Part shown: piece by piece, positions 39,295 to 51,358 of the stretch
Layout of the letters: each line of letters opens with the position of its first letter
Numbering within the stretch: position 1 is the first letter of the stretch
Source of the DNA: a virus
IMG/VR virus record: IMGVR_UViG_3300013125_000006
Coordinates: 13,265 to 77,264 of that record
Length of the DNA: 64,000 nucleotides
Strand: one strand, 5' to 3'
Translations under genes and position numbers: made by a program
Notes under the pieces: generated by a model
The model's database searches: none
What the model was told of the DNA's origin: nothing
What the model saw: only the letters and a program-made list of their open reading frames with translations

Positions 39295-39738
39295 TTAATA
39301 TAATTGTTCTATAAATGTATCTTGAAATTCAAATAATGAATATGAAATAAGCTGTTGTAGAATTGCTTCATGATAATCTTCTTTGTTCCATTCATTCCAT
39401 TCAACATAGTCAAATATATAATCTCTATACTCATGATTTATATAATGATAAAGAATATCTTCTGGGGTTGTCTCAATTGTCACCCAAAGTTCATCATTTC
39501 TATAATTATACGATGGAGGACAATTTAATTCCCATTTAATAATCTTAAATGGAGTATGTTGATTTACAAGACTTACTATATACTCACAAAATCTATCAGT
39601 ATATTCTTTATATTGTTCTTCTGTAAATTCTTCTTCTAAATTCCCATCATTATCATATCGCTCAATATTTCCTGGGTCATAATCAGTATTATAAAACCCA
39701 GGAAATATTTCGTCTATTATACTAACTGTATATTCCAT
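39295..39738 (-). CDS. Hypothetical protein
   Basis: 147-aa acidic ORF. Confidence 0.6.
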   Translation of the reverse strand: MEYTVSIIDEIFPGFYNTDYDPGNIERYDNDGNLEEEFTEEQYKEYTDRFCEYIVSLVNQHTPFKIIKWELNCPPSYNYRNDELWVTIETTPEDILYHYINHEYRDYIFDYVEWNEWNKEDYHEAILQQLISYSLFEFQDTFIEQLY

Positions 39739-39739
39739 A

Positions 39740-40915
39740 TTAGTCTAAATCATAACGCACTGATTGGAATACGGGTTGTAATGGAATACCTTCTTTAGAC
39801 ATCTCAAAGTACTTTATAGTTCCTTTTTTACCTATTATTTCATCAATATTTTCTAGATACTCTGCTTTATGTTCTCTGGTTCCAACAGGTTTTGCTTCAA
39901 ATAATTTTCCATCCTCTGTTTGACATATAAAACAAAAATCTTCCTCTCTTAGTTTTTTAGAATAGTCAACAATCAAAAATTCATCATCTTGATACATCTT
40001 AACTTTTATCATATCAGAGCCCCTTTTACCAAATTGATATTCTTTATCAGGTTTTCTGGCAACTACTCCTTCAAATCCTTCTGAAACCCAGGCATCATGT
40101 AATTTCTGTATTTCTAGCCAACTATTAGTAAGAACATGTTCTAAAACTTTTATTTTCTTAGAATCATTAAATTCAATTTCAATGCTAGTCAATTCATTTA
40201 GACGATTAGTAAACACCATATTAGGAATAGCTAAATCATAAATCCAATACTCTAACTGCTCACATTTTGGAGACCAAGTTTCCAATCTTGCCAAACCAGA
40301 AATAACTTGTAGATATTGACCATGTATATATAATTCACCATCTAAAACTAGCTCAGGATGGTTTCTTAAATATGGAGTTAATTCATTAATTATATGTCTT
40401 GCTGCAATATTATAATTTTTACCACCTCGACTAATAGTAATGCAAGAATCTATTTCTGGAGAATACTTTATCATACATCTAACTCCATTCAATTTTCTAC
40501 TATTAAATAATGGTTTTTCAAAAATAGAATTTTGACATTTGTCGAATGATTTAGCAAGCATTGGTTTTAAATTTCCTTCTTGATCTGTTTTTAAACTTGG
40601 AACTAATTCGTCTAATTCAGAGGAAGTAATATTTTCAAACTTCTTTTTAGATAATAGCTCAAATTTTTTATAACCCTTATCTAAATACTTATTTATTATA
40701 CTATTAAATTCTAAAGTAGCTTGTTGTAGTACAGTTCTTTTAGCCTTTCCCCGATTTATTAACAATTCAGGTTGAGAAGTCATTTTACCACCATATTGTC
40801 CAGTTCTTCTGGATATTAAAAATGAATTTCCATCTTGTTTTAAAGAAGCTATAGCTACCTGAACTTTATCTCTGGCATTTCTAGTTACTAGAACTATTTC
40901 GTAAATTAAGGTCAT
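39740..40915 (-). CDS. ATP-dependent DNA ligase
   Basis: KPMLA, RKLNGVRC (motif I), LDGELY, FEGVV and KVK. Confidence 0.9.
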   Translation of the reverse strand: MTLIYEIVLVTRNARDKVQVAIASLKQDGNSFLISRRTGQYGGKMTSQPELLINRGKAKRTVLQQATLEFNSIINKYLDKGYKKFELLSKKKFENITSSELDELVPSLKTDQEGNLKPMLAKSFDKCQNSIFEKPLFNSRKLNGVRCMIKYSPEIDSCITISRGGKNYNIAARHIINELTPYLRNHPELVLDGELYIHGQYLQVISGLARLETWSPKCEQLEYWIYDLAIPNMVFTNRLNELTSIEIEFNDSKKIKVLEHVLTNSWLEIQKLHDAWVSEGFEGVVARKPDKEYQFGKRGSDMIKVKMYQDDEFLIVDYSKKLREEDFCFICQTEDGKLFEAKPVGTREHKAEYLENIDEIIGKKGTIKYFEMSKEGIPLQPVFQSVRYDLD

Positions 40916-41327
40916 TGTTTTTATATTTTTCTTGGCAAGATATACATAAATTTCTTACCCAACTTTTTATTGTTACTTTATCTGTATTATGTGTTCCACA
41001 AAATTCACAGGTATTATTGCATTCTGCAGTAGCATTATCTACAAGAAAAGTAAAGCATTTGAAGTCTCCTTTAATTCTTAAGGATGCAAATTTTTGCTTT
41101 ATATCTTCAATAAATAATCCTTTTTTTATATCAAATAAGAGAAATTCTAGAAATGAAAAATACTTATTTTTAGATAAATCATATAAAAGATTATAATACC
41201 ATAGCGGTATGAAAGAAGGTCTTATTATATAATCAATTGATTTAAACATATCATTTATAATTGGAATCCAAGGATCTGGAATAGTTAATTCTCCATCATA
41301 AAGATATCTATATTTAAGCAACTTCAT
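40881..41327 (-). CDS. Hypothetical protein with C-terminal Zn finger
   Basis: IKQKFASLR ... CEFCG ... CISC. Confidence 0.6.
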   Translation of the reverse strand: MKLLKYRYLYDGELTIPDPWIPIINDMFKSIDYIIRPSFIPLWYYNLLYDLSKNKYFSFLEFLLFDIKKGLFIEDIKQKFASLRIKGDFKCFTFLVDNATAECNNTCEFCGTHNTDKVTIKSWVRNLCISCQEKYKNNDLNLRNSSSN

Positions 41328-41812
41328 TATTTTCCAGTATGTCCAAACCCACCTAAACCTCTATCTGTTTCTGATAATGATTCAACTTCATTCCATATTG
41401 CATTCTCAAATTTATTAAATACAACTTGAGCAATCCTATCACCATCTAGTACTTGGTAAGAGGTATTAGACGTATTCATAAGAATGACTCCCCATAAATT
41501 TCTATAGTCAGAATCTATTGTTCCTGGGGAATTTAAAACTGTTATTCCATGTTTTAGTGCAAGACCACTTCTAGGTCTTATTTGAGCCTCATATCCAACT
41601 GGAATAGCAGTAGATATGCCAACAGGAATAAGAGCTCGTCCACCAGGAAAAATTACTAAAGTTTTAAATTCTGCATCAAAATTAGCATTATATAAATTAT
41701 TACTATTTTTAATGCTTTTTAAATCCGCTCTTAAATCCATTCCAGCAGAAAACTCAGTTTCATACTTTGGTAATTCATTACTAGAATGGTTTATTATTTC
41801 TATATTTATCAT
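41327..41812 (-). CDS. dut: dUTPase (trimeric)
   Basis: [24 protein letters not shown] and [10 protein letters not shown]. Confidence 0.95.
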   Translation of the reverse strand: MINIEIINHSSNELPKYETEFSAGMDLRADLKSIKNSNNLYNANFDAEFKTLVIFPGGRALIPVGISTAIPVGYEAQIRPRSGLALKHGITVLNSPGTIDSDYRNLWGVILMNTSNTSYQVLDGDRIAQVVFNKFENAIWNEVESLSETDRGLGGFGHTGK

Positions 41813-41813
41813 A

Positions 41814-42140
41814 TTAAATTAAATTCATTTCATTTTCTACTTCAAGTATCTTTATTTCTTCAATTGTATGGAATCCATATTCAGTTGAAGGGAGATAATT
41901 TAAAAAAGTTTTATAACCATCTAAATGGCCATATAATTCTTCCGCATTTTCATCTAAATAATCTCCATAAGGAAAATTATTATAATGAGTAGCTCCTCTA
42001 ACAGTATATGGCTTAAAATTAGAAATTTCATTGATTACTGGAAGAATTAAGCTAAGATCTAGTTCAGAAATTTTATTTAATTCTCCTATATAATCACCAT
42101 CATTTACATCAACTTTTATATAAATATATTTTACACTCAT
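41814..42140 (-). CDS. Hypothetical protein
   Basis: 108-aa ORF. Confidence 0.6.
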   Translation of the reverse strand: MSVKYIYIKVDVNDGDYIGELNKISELDLSLILPVINEISNFKPYTVRGATHYNNFPYGDYLDENAEELYGHLDGYKTFLNYLPSTEYGFHTIEEIKILEVENEMNLI

Positions 42141-42143
42141 ATT

Positions 42144-44537
42144 TTACTGTAATATATGTACATTATTTTTAGTTCTTGACAAAGCTACATATTGTAGCTG
42201 TCTTTTTTCTACATCATTTCTACATTGAGAAATGCTCCTCATATCTATTAACACATTATTTATCGAAGAACCTTGCTATTCTTCATTATTAGAAATATTT
42301 TCATATTTCATGTGGACTATATCTTGTATTTGTTTTGAACATGAATTTAAGGTTTTAAATAAATATCCTTTGCTGTTTATTTTCCCTTTATTTTTAAGAG
42401 CTTTAGTAATATTTCCAGTTTGAGCTGCATTTTTTTTATGCAATTCAACTCCAAAAATTATGTCTAAAAATTCAGTAATTTCATAAGGATAATTTACAAC
42501 CTTAATAATATTATCATCTCCATCAAATATAACAGATTTTTCCATAATTGATTTGCCCGCCATGGGATTATTTTTTCCCATTCTAGTTTTACTTAGATTC
42601 TCAGCAAATCCTCTTGGTTTAGATTTGGAATTTTTCATTGCAATTAATTCTGAAATTCTATCTTTATCAATAGTATCTTGTAAAGAAAATGTATCTCCTC
42701 CATTACCTCCTAAAGTTTGATTAGTTAAATTATATAATTTAGAAAATTTCTCTATATATTCAATTTCTTTATTATATAATGATTCTCCTTGAATTATCTC
42801 TAATAATTCTATTTTAGCAATTTCTGGTCATAAATTTTCAAAGTACTTAAATCTATTGTTTAGATTTCTAAGTCCTTTTAAATACTCCCTAAAATGAGCA
42901 TAATGCATTTTAAGTCTGTCTTTAGGAGCAGATTCTGTCGCTCCTATATAAAAAATTTCATCATTAAGTGGATTTTTTAAGCAATAAATAAATCCTAAAT
43001 CAACTATTCTATTATTTTCCATATTTTATAAATTTTAATTAATACTATACAAATGTACTAAAAATTATTCATAAAACATAACAAATACCCAACCTTTTCC
43101 AAATAGCTTATTAAAAGCTAAATGTACTCCTTTGCAGGATAGTCTCTGATCCTTTTTCCTAATTTAGGAAACTTGGATGCGGATTGTCCAATCTTATTTA
43201 ATTTTTACTATACTCTAAATAATTACTTTAGACCCTATATTATGTTACCATATATAGTTAGTATAAATAAGCTCTTAGGATATTCCCGCAGTTAAATTGG
43301 TTTTACAAGAGCCAAGATTTCAACTCTTATGTATTGTTACTGCATATCCATAGTCAATAGATTTCTTTCTTATTAATCTGTTTTCATAATATAAATTATT
43401 AGGAGTAGTAAAACTACTCAGAATTCTATAATATTCTTTCCAAAGCATACTAGACTTTCTAGACCCACGCATTTTATAATTAATAGCCTCAAGTCTAAAT
43501 GCTTCTATAGTTAACCCAAGTCTTTTCGTATCATTGTAAGATAATTCATTAGATAATATATTAAAATCTAAATTAACATTATCAGTAGAATCAAAAACAG
43601 TTAGATTAAATCCTGGAAAAATTCCAACATTTGGGATATTAATATTAATCTTCTTTGGCTCTTCAATAATTATATAATCCATTCCATTCCAAAAATTACC
43701 ATAGCCAAATTCAAAATTATCATAACAAGTTAGAATTTCATTTTTTCCATACTCTTCATTATTAAAATAGTAATTATGAAGTTTTTTATTAAATAATTCA
43801 ACTCTGTCATTAGTATATGATAGTATTTTTGTCTCCATAATATCAGTATTTTTTGTGGCTTCGTCTATATATTTTATACCCTCCCTAAGAAATTCTATAG
43901 GATTATTTGTAACATAAATAGAACCAAATTCTGATTCTCTAGTTTCAAAATTATTAATATAATTTTCTCTACTTAACAAGAGTATTTCAGATAATGCAGA
44001 ATCTTCCTTTTGTCTAAAAATATGTGTTAAATAAAATATATCTTCAGTATCAAAAACCTTGGAAAAGTAATCAGAATTTACAGGTCTTAACTGTGCAATA
44101 TCTCCTATAAATAATATCTTAGAATTATGTTTAACACACCTATCAATTAACAAATCATATAAATAATCATTAACCATAGACGCCTCATCAACAATTACTA
44201 AAGAATTGGATGGAAATTCCTCAGATGTTTTATGGATAAGAAATTTTAAATCATTAAAATCTAAATCTATTAATTCAATATTAGGAGCAAGAGAAAGAAG
44301 TTTATGTATTGTCAAGGCAGTACTCTGGGTAAAATTTTGAAGCACATTTTTAGCTTTGTGTGTAGGAGCACATAAAACATAATTCTTTCTAATTTTATAT
44401 AAAATATCTATTAATTCTGTGGTTAAAAAGCTTTTACCAGTTCCGGCAAATCCAGAAATGGTAAAAGCTATTTTTGTTTTGGATTCTAAAAACTCTAGTA
44501 TTAATTCCAAAGCTTTTTTTTGATCATCACTTAACAT
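42144..44537 (-). CDS. Dda/RecD-like SF1B DNA helicase. Exons 44537-43323 and 42275-42144
   Basis: GFAGTGKS, APTHKA, IVDEASM and GDIAQL. Splicing restores YAVTIHKS|QGSS and YVALSR. Confidence 0.9.
42276..43022 (-). CDS. Intron-encoded GIY-YIG homing endonuclease with NUMOD3-like region; TGA=Trp at 42828
   Basis: GFIYCL...FYIG. ORFs 42828..43022 and 42276..42638 share a frame, and the linker is open after the TGA (ENL*PEIAKIE...TNQTLGGNGG). Confidence 0.82.
42276..43322 (-). mobile_element. Group I intron in the helicase gene (motif V)
   Basis: P1 aagagt|t...ggctctt. Core elements aactgcggg, aatccgcatccaag, agagactat and aagatatagtcc. Terminal G at 42276. Confidence 0.88.
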
Positions 44538-44538
44538 A

Positions 44539-47500
44539 TTATCCACATTTACTTGACCCACAATCTCTGCATATCATACAACCTCCTTCATAGATAATAT
44601 TATGACTTCCACAGTTATCACATACTGCTCCTGTTGCTTCAGTTCCATCAGGCACAAACAGCTTCAAAGATCTTATTAATCCAGCTTGAAAGCTATTCAT
44701 ACCTTTATTGGTAAAAGTTAGTCCATCAACTACTTTAATAACCTTTTCAGTCGGAGTACCTTCACGTAATAATGCAGAAACAAATCTTGCATAATTCCAA
44801 TATTCTTTATTGAACACACGATTCAATCCTCCAACAGTATTTACATAACCATACTTATCAAGATATGAGAAATCATATCTAGAACCTTCTGGTAATGAGA
44901 CTTTAATGATTTTACCACTTTCTATATAAGAAGGAATTGGTAATTCATCTAGGTCATTTATTCCTGTAAAGATTTCATAAGCCTTATCTCCATAAACTCC
45001 AACAAAAGAAATCCAGTTCTTTTTATCTTCATTCTTGAATCTTAAGACTTTGCAATCTAATTCATCAGGTCTATGGTCACTCATTTTTGGGGTTTCTTCT
45101 TTTACAAGAATACCACTCCTACTTCCATCACGATAGCAATCGTTCTTATACTTTCATATAAGTTTGGACTATACCATAATCCTAGTGTCTAGGATTCTTC
45201 CATTATAGTCTCTGAACGTCTTGTAATCCATTTATATTTATAACAAGATACGGGACATTCTCCAATATAATCTAATAATTTATTTAATGATTGATTATTA
45301 AAATAATATTTATAACTCATATTTCCTCGTTTATCACAATGAGTAGTAACACTATTATCAATATTTTCTTTTAGTCAATTTAAAATAAATGGATTTAAAT
45401 GTTTACAAGTAATTGCTCCTGCATTATTTAATGTTCCATTTTGTTTTTTAACTCCTCCATCGCCAATATACCACCACAATAAATTTATATTAGTTAATAC
45501 AATATTTGGTAGTATTTTTCTATTTTGAGATTGAGTATCCATTATTTCTTTTGGATAAAATAAATTATATAAATCTAAAAATTCGGGCCGAGTTTCTGTT
45601 TGAAAACTATAACAACCTGATTGTCTATTTATTTGGATATTTCCACACTTAATTCCATTTTCAGAAAATAAGTTCATTATATATTCAATAACTTCTTTAT
45701 GTTTATCAGTATATTGGAAATATGGATTAATTCCTTTTGGAACTAAACGTAATCCACCATCACCTAATAACATTCCTATTAATTGTTGTGTAAAAATTCC
45801 AGAAAAATTAATTTCATTCTTTTTATTAAATTTTTTCACGCTTTCTTTAACAGACCTTGGAGTAATACCTAACTTAATAAGTTCCCTTCGTATTGTCCCA
45901 ATATTTAATGAATATTCTTGGGAAAGTTTATTCATACTCTCTCCATTTTCATATTTTGTTTTAATTTCTTCTAATAGATTAGAATTTCGCTGCTGATTGT
46001 CCATTTTATAAAATTTAAAGGTTTAACATAATTGACAAAGATACTAATAATCTTTGAATAAAATATTAAAAAATTTAAATTTTAACTATTACTATAATTT
46101 TCCTACCTTCACACTTATCCTCTCAGATTATGTTGTGGTTTATAGTATTTTAGGAGATTCCAGCAATTTAGAAAGTTTTCATTTGTTTGTTACCAAACAA
46201 AGCCGCCTATCTTTCGACGGTTATTCCTTTACAATTCATTTCATGAGCAAATTGATAGATATCTGAAATTGTCTTTTTTTCAGTATCTTTTGCCACATTA
46301 ACAGTTGAGCTTATAGAATGTGTAGTATATTTTTGTAACATAGACTGCACCATGACTCTTTCTTCTGCACTAAGATCTTGTGCAGTATTATTATGCCATG
46401 GAGATTGTTTAATTAATTCATCCAATTCCTCTTTAGAGAATTCAGATAAATCTCCTGTATCTGGGTTAGATGTTATTAATCTATTTTCATTATACCAAAC
46501 TTTTAATTTTGGATGAACAACATTATAGTTTTTAAATCCAACTCCATTTTGATCAACAAAATCTGGAATTTCTCCAACATTACACTTCTTTCTTCTAATA
46601 TAATATAAACTAAATACAGGTTCACAACCACTAGTAGTTCCTGCCATTATACTTATAGTTCCAGTTGGAGCGCATATGTTTTGTGTAAGTTCTTTATCTT
46701 ACACTCTCCTCATTTCTAAGGAGTATCGGACTATATCATCATCCTGATAATTAGGATGTTGGATTTTCGTGCGGGAGATTATTGTTAGGCTCACTCCCGT
46801 AGTCTCTGAACCTTCTAAACTCTTTTAACCTAAGTTTAGGTTGGCTGCTGATTAACTTGAACAATTTTTTTACAAAAATCAATAAAAATTTAAAAATTAT
46901 TAAAATATTGAATTGTTTTTAGCTTTCCAGCAATTTATCCAATTTTTCAAAACCTATTACTAGGTTAAGCCACCAAAATTAATGGTACTCCATGAAATAT
47001 TTCTTCTTCCGAATATTCTCATTCTCTGCCATTCAGAAGGAAATTCCTGCATTAAGAAATTAAAAAATTTATTATTACCAATATAGTTAACTTCATCTAG
47101 TTCCTCATTATTATTGGAATATTCTTTATTTCCATCATAATCTGGAAAAGGAGAATTTAATATAGCTAAATCTATAGTAGCATCTAACTCTGCCTTCATT
47201 TTTAATTTCATAAGTTCCCCAATAATAGGAGAATTATAGTTAAGATTAAGAGCAGCCATCATATCTCCTAATGCTGTTATTCCAGTACCAGTTCTTCTAC
47301 CAGCTTTTCCAATTTCATTAACTTTTTCCCAAAATTCTTTTTCTTTATTTTGTGAAATAGAAATTATTCTATTTATAGCCTCAATCTCTAAATCAACTAA
47401 AATATCAGCTATAATCTGTGCTTCATAAAACACTCTATATGCTAAGTCCTTATTAATTTTTGCAAGAGGTGTAAAAGGAGATTGAACAAGGGAGTATAAA

Positions 47501-49467
47501 TTAGAAGCTATTAACCTACAACTATCATATGGAGATAAGGGTATTTCTCCGCATTGAGCAGTCATGACATGATTAAATAAGGCGGAATGATTTTTATTAT
47601 CAGTTACACAATAAACATCACTATTTCCAATTAATTCTATAGATTCTATTTGAATAAATCTACTTGCATCTCTATTTGGATTTGCAATTAAAGGTATTCT
47701 ATGAGTAATTAAACCTAATTCAATTAATTGTTTAACATAATAAGCAGAAATTACCAGTCTATAACAAGTTTGACAAGCATAAATTTCTCCTTTAATTTCT
47801 TTCTGCTGTTCTTCTTTAATAATACCAATAGTACTTCTAATACCCAAGGTTATTAACATAGATTTAACATTTGTTAAAAATTCTTTATTAATGGATGTTA
47901 TTGCTAAAGATCCACCAGAATCATTTAATGTTCCATCAGAATCTAATAAACCTGCCAACCATGCTAATCTAGTTTCTTTACAAACTTGAGTAGGAACAAA
48001 AGTCTTTAATGGAGACATTTGATTAACAATAATAGTTCTAATTTTATTATTAACTAAATCTAAAGTTCCATATTCTTTTACATTTAGATATGGGATTAAA
48101 TCAATTTTTTCTCCATATAAATCTATAAAATACCTAGTATCTCTTCCTTTTTCTATGGAAATAGTGCCATCTCCTGCAAAAAATCCTTGAGTATATGCAT
48201 TTTTATCTACACCATAAGAATCAGAAAATTCTATCAAGGGGTATACAAATTTAGACAATTTATCTCCAATTTTACAATCTTTTAATTGTTTTCTAATACC
48301 ATCTTTTAAAATAAATTCATGATAATTGGTACAAGTTAAATCAGTACCATCAGAAAAAACAACTTTAAAAACTTGCTCATTATCAGAAGTTTGAAAGGGG
48401 GTTACTAAAGTCCATTCTTTGCCATTCCAAATTTCAATTTCCTGATTAAGTAAAGTTACAATTGATTTAAATCCCTCTTTGGTTAATAAAGTTGTTTCTG
48501 GTGTAACACAAGGATTTGTAGATACAGCCCTAAATTTATCATAGACAGAAGCTGGATCATTTTCAATTATATTATCCCAGAATAATATTCCAGGTTCTGC
48601 GCTAGACCAAGCACAATGAATTATAGAATCCCACAATTCTTTAGCTCTAACTTTTTTAATATATATTATTGAGTTATCTGTATGATCCTCAATATAAGTA
48701 AGTTCATTATAATTTACATTTAAATATTCTTCACTAAATATAGACAGGTCTTTCTCACAAGGCCATCTTAATATATAGTCTCTGTCATTTTCTACTGCAT
48801 CCATAAAATCTTTAGAGATCCTAACAGATACATTAGCTCCTGTTACTTTAGTTAAATCCTGTTTAATTTTAATAAATTCAGGACTATCAGGATGTTTTAT
48901 ATCAATGCTCAACATTAATGCACCTCTTCTACCATCTTGACCAATAGTATTTGTTACCTGACTATAAAGTTCCATAAAAGGAACTACACCGCCTGTCGTT
49001 TTAGCAGCATTATTAACAAAAGCACCAGCAGGTCTAAGATTAGATAAATCAGTTCCATTGCCACCTCTTCTTTTATAAATTTCTGACATTTCTCTTGCAG
49101 TATCAAAAATTTGTTCTATGGAATCTCCTGTTTTAGTAACAAAACAATTTGATAGTGAAACAGGTTTTCCACTACCTATACCAGCTAGAACAGAACCTCC
49201 TGGAATGATATATTTAAAATCTTTAAATAAATCTAAGAAAGATTCATATCTATCTTTATTAGAAAGTCTTTCTCTACCATATTCACTTAATGATTTCCAG
49301 GCATAGTCAGTTAATTGTTCTGAATTTTTTTTAAAATTATCTAGCCTTGCAAATTCAGAAGCTATTCTCCCAAAGAATTCATCCAATGTCTCTTTATTAT
49401 GTTGATATTTAGATACCCAAGCATCATATGCTAAATCATCCCCTAAAAAATAATTATTATTTTCCAT
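44539..49467 (-). CDS. nrdJ: Class II (B12-dependent) ribonucleotide reductase with intein. Exons 49467-46982, 46672-46217 and 45136-44539
   Basis: SLSNCF, RRGALM and TNP|C(intein)|CGEIPL. Splicing restores STI|APTGT and GITV|YRDGSR. C-terminal Zn ribbon CDNCG...CRDCG. Confidence 0.9.
45137..46216 (-). mobile_element. Group I intron 2 in RNR
   Basis: P1 ccgt|c-gaaa-gataggcgg. Elements aattgctgg, ttcagagactat and atagtcc. Terminal G; frame restored on removal. Confidence 0.87.
45189..46004 (-). CDS. Intron-encoded LAGLIDADG homing endonuclease; TGA=Trp at 45375
   Basis: IGMLLGDG and WWYIGDG. Reading through the TGA gives FILN*LKEN...IGECPVSCYKYKW, ending at TAG 45189. Confidence 0.85.
46673..46981 (-). 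mobile_element. Group I intron 1 in RNR (309 nt, no endonuclease ORF)
   Basis: Elements aattgctgg, aatcagcagccaa, ttcagagactac and gatatagtcc. U at the 5' splice site, terminal G; removal restores TIAPTGT. Confidence 0.87.
47554..48510 (-). mobile_element. Intein (~319 aa) with LAGLIDADG domain at the RNR catalytic Cys
   Basis: Block A CVTPET, block B CTNYHEF, endonuclease motifs QGFFAGDG and LAGLLDSDG, blocks F/G DVYCVT...HVMTAQ|C. Confidence 0.92.
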
Positions 49468-49469
49468 TT

Positions 49470-49736
49470 TTATTCTTTCAGTATTTTATTTATTTCTTCC
49501 AACCAATTTGGGTTACTTTCAGACCATATTGCAGCATATTCTTCTAAATTTTCATTTTCAAATACTATTAATGGAACAGCTTTTGTACCATGCCTAGTCA
49601 TAATTGGAATCGCTTTCTTAAGATCTTTTAAATAAGTGATATTATATTTTTCAACATATATTTTTTCATCTATTTTATTTACAATATCTAATATAAAATC
49701 AACATCATCATCATAGATTACTTTAAGAATTTTCAT
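49470..49736 (-). CDS. Thioredoxin-fold-like small protein lacking CxxC
   Basis: 88 aa, immediately upstream of RNR; AVPLIVFEN resembles the thioredoxin cis-Pro loop; no Cys. Confidence 0.45.
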   Translation of the reverse strand: MKILKVIYDDDVDFILDIVNKIDEKIYVEKYNITYLKDLKKAIPIMTRHGTKAVPLIVFENENLEEYAAIWSESNPNWLEEINKILKE

Positions 49737-49759
49737 ATTAATTAATTACAATTATAGAT

Positions 49760-50098
49760 TTATTCATATACTGTAATTGTTCCCTGCTTTGGAAATACCT
49801 CAGTAATAAAGCCAGGATAATCAAATCCAGTGTATGGACTATAATTATATTTAGCTTCAAAATACTTATTATCACTGATCCTTTTAAAGACTGATAAATT
49901 AGTAGTATATCCCTTTTCTAAGTCAACATAAATTTTATCTGAAATAATTGCAAAATCATCTGAAAAGTGATTTTTTATTTGATTTCCATTTAAGTCAAAA
50001 TACTCATTATATATTTCTTCTGAGCAATTATCAAAATAATACTCATTGATTAATGGCCCTATTTCAAATTCAGAAACTTTGATACGCTCTCTTTCCAT
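49760..50098 (-). CDS. Hypothetical protein
   Basis: 112-aa ORF. Confidence 0.6.
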   Translation of the reverse strand: MERERIKVSEFEIGPLINEYYFDNCSEEIYNEYFDLNGNQIKNHFSDDFAIISDKIYVDLEKGYTTNLSVFKRISDNKYFEAKYNYSPYTGFDYPGFITEVFPKQGTITVYE

Positions 50099-50155
50099 TA
50101 TTATACTTTTAATAAACGATTAATAATCATAGTTTTTTCAAACTTTATCTTATTT

Positions 50156-50520
50156 TTAATAATTTTCTTCTTTTATCCATTTATATCCTTTATATATCTC
50201 ATATCTTCCGTTATAACAATTTCTAATCATAGTAATAGAATATCCTAATTCTTGATGTATTTCAACAGCACAACTCCATCTTTTAACTATATCTCCTTTT
50301 AAATCTAATTGTAAGATTGGAATAGATCTTGGGTTCTTTTCTAAAGTTTTTCCATACATGGAATTTCCCTCTCCTTTTCTAGATTCACTCATTTTCTTTC
50401 TAGTTTTCTCTGAAAATTTAATACCTACTATACCATCTCCTCCATCAGTTGTATTATATCCAAATTGAGAATTAGTTGAATCAAATTTTTCGATAAATTC
50501 AACTTCTTTATCACAAATTA
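50156..50520 (-). pseudogene. N-terminally truncated free-standing GIY-YIG endonuclease (NUMOD3/NUMOD1 remnant)
   Basis: Open frame CDKEVEFIEKFDSTNSQFGYNTTDGGDG...KKMSESRKGEGNSMYGK...YKGYKW. No catalytic N-terminus and no upstream ATG. Confidence 0.65.
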
Positions 50521-50586
50521 TAGATAATTTTATGAAAAAACTATATTTTGAAAAAATTATAACATTAAAGATATAAATGTGTTTTA

Positions 50587-51348
50587 TTAAATAATTCCTA
50601 GTAATCTTCCAATTAATAGGGTCTTTTCTGGTTTATTAAGGATATCCTTTTTATCATCAGTAATAATTTGTGTAAAAGCATTATATACATCATATAAAGA
50701 TGGATCTATTCCTTCTGGAATAAAATAACTGCTTTCAGAATCAATAAATAATTGTTTATAGGCATCTATCGGAGTACTTACAGCTATCTTGACTTTTCCA
50801 AAGCCATAATCTTCATATTCTCTTAAAGAATGGTCTACCCATTCACCTAAATAAAGTTTTCTATCATTTCTACTTATATAGGTGTCTTTTAATGCCTCTA
50901 ATTTTACTGCAAAATTATTAGTAGCTTCTAATAAGCTTTTAATTGGGGAGTAATTAATAGGATCCCCTGGAACTAATTCTTGAGTATTTAGCCACTCTGG
51001 ATTAAATACAGTTAAATTAGTACAAGCCTGATTCAAATATCCTCTATATATTTTTACTATAGGTTTTTTAACATCTATCCCGTATAAAAATCCTACAACT
51101 TCATCATGTCTATCTATACTAAATTTTTTAGGCAACACTGCCTGTATTAAAACTCTATTATAGGTAATGTCTGCCATATCTTTACTCATAGTAACTTGGT
51201 CTGGCACTTTTACCTGAAATCTAAAGTCGGAAGTAAGTGGAGACATTCTTTCCAAAAAAGGCTCCACATAATTCCTAGTAGGAAAAAATTCTTTATTTTT
51301 TATTAAAGTACTTTTACCTTTTAATAATTCGTCTAATGTAATTTCCAT
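50587..51348 (-). CDS. Conserved crAss-like hypothetical protein (possibly DUF932-like)
   Basis: 253 aa; motifs NQACTNL and SLYDVYNAFTQ. Confidence 0.6.
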   Translation of the reverse strand: MEITLDELLKGKSTLIKNKEFFPTRNYVEPFLERMSPLTSDFRFQVKVPDQVTMSKDMADITYNRVLIQAVLPKKFSIDRHDEVVGFLYGIDVKKPIVKIYRGYLNQACTNLTVFNPEWLNTQELVPGDPINYSPIKSLLEATNNFAVKLEALKDTYISRNDRKLYLGEWVDHSLREYEDYGFGKVKIAVSTPIDAYKQLFIDSESSYFIPEGIDPSLYDVYNAFTQIITDDKKDILNKPEKTLLIGRLLGII

Positions 51349-51358
51349 TATTTTTATT

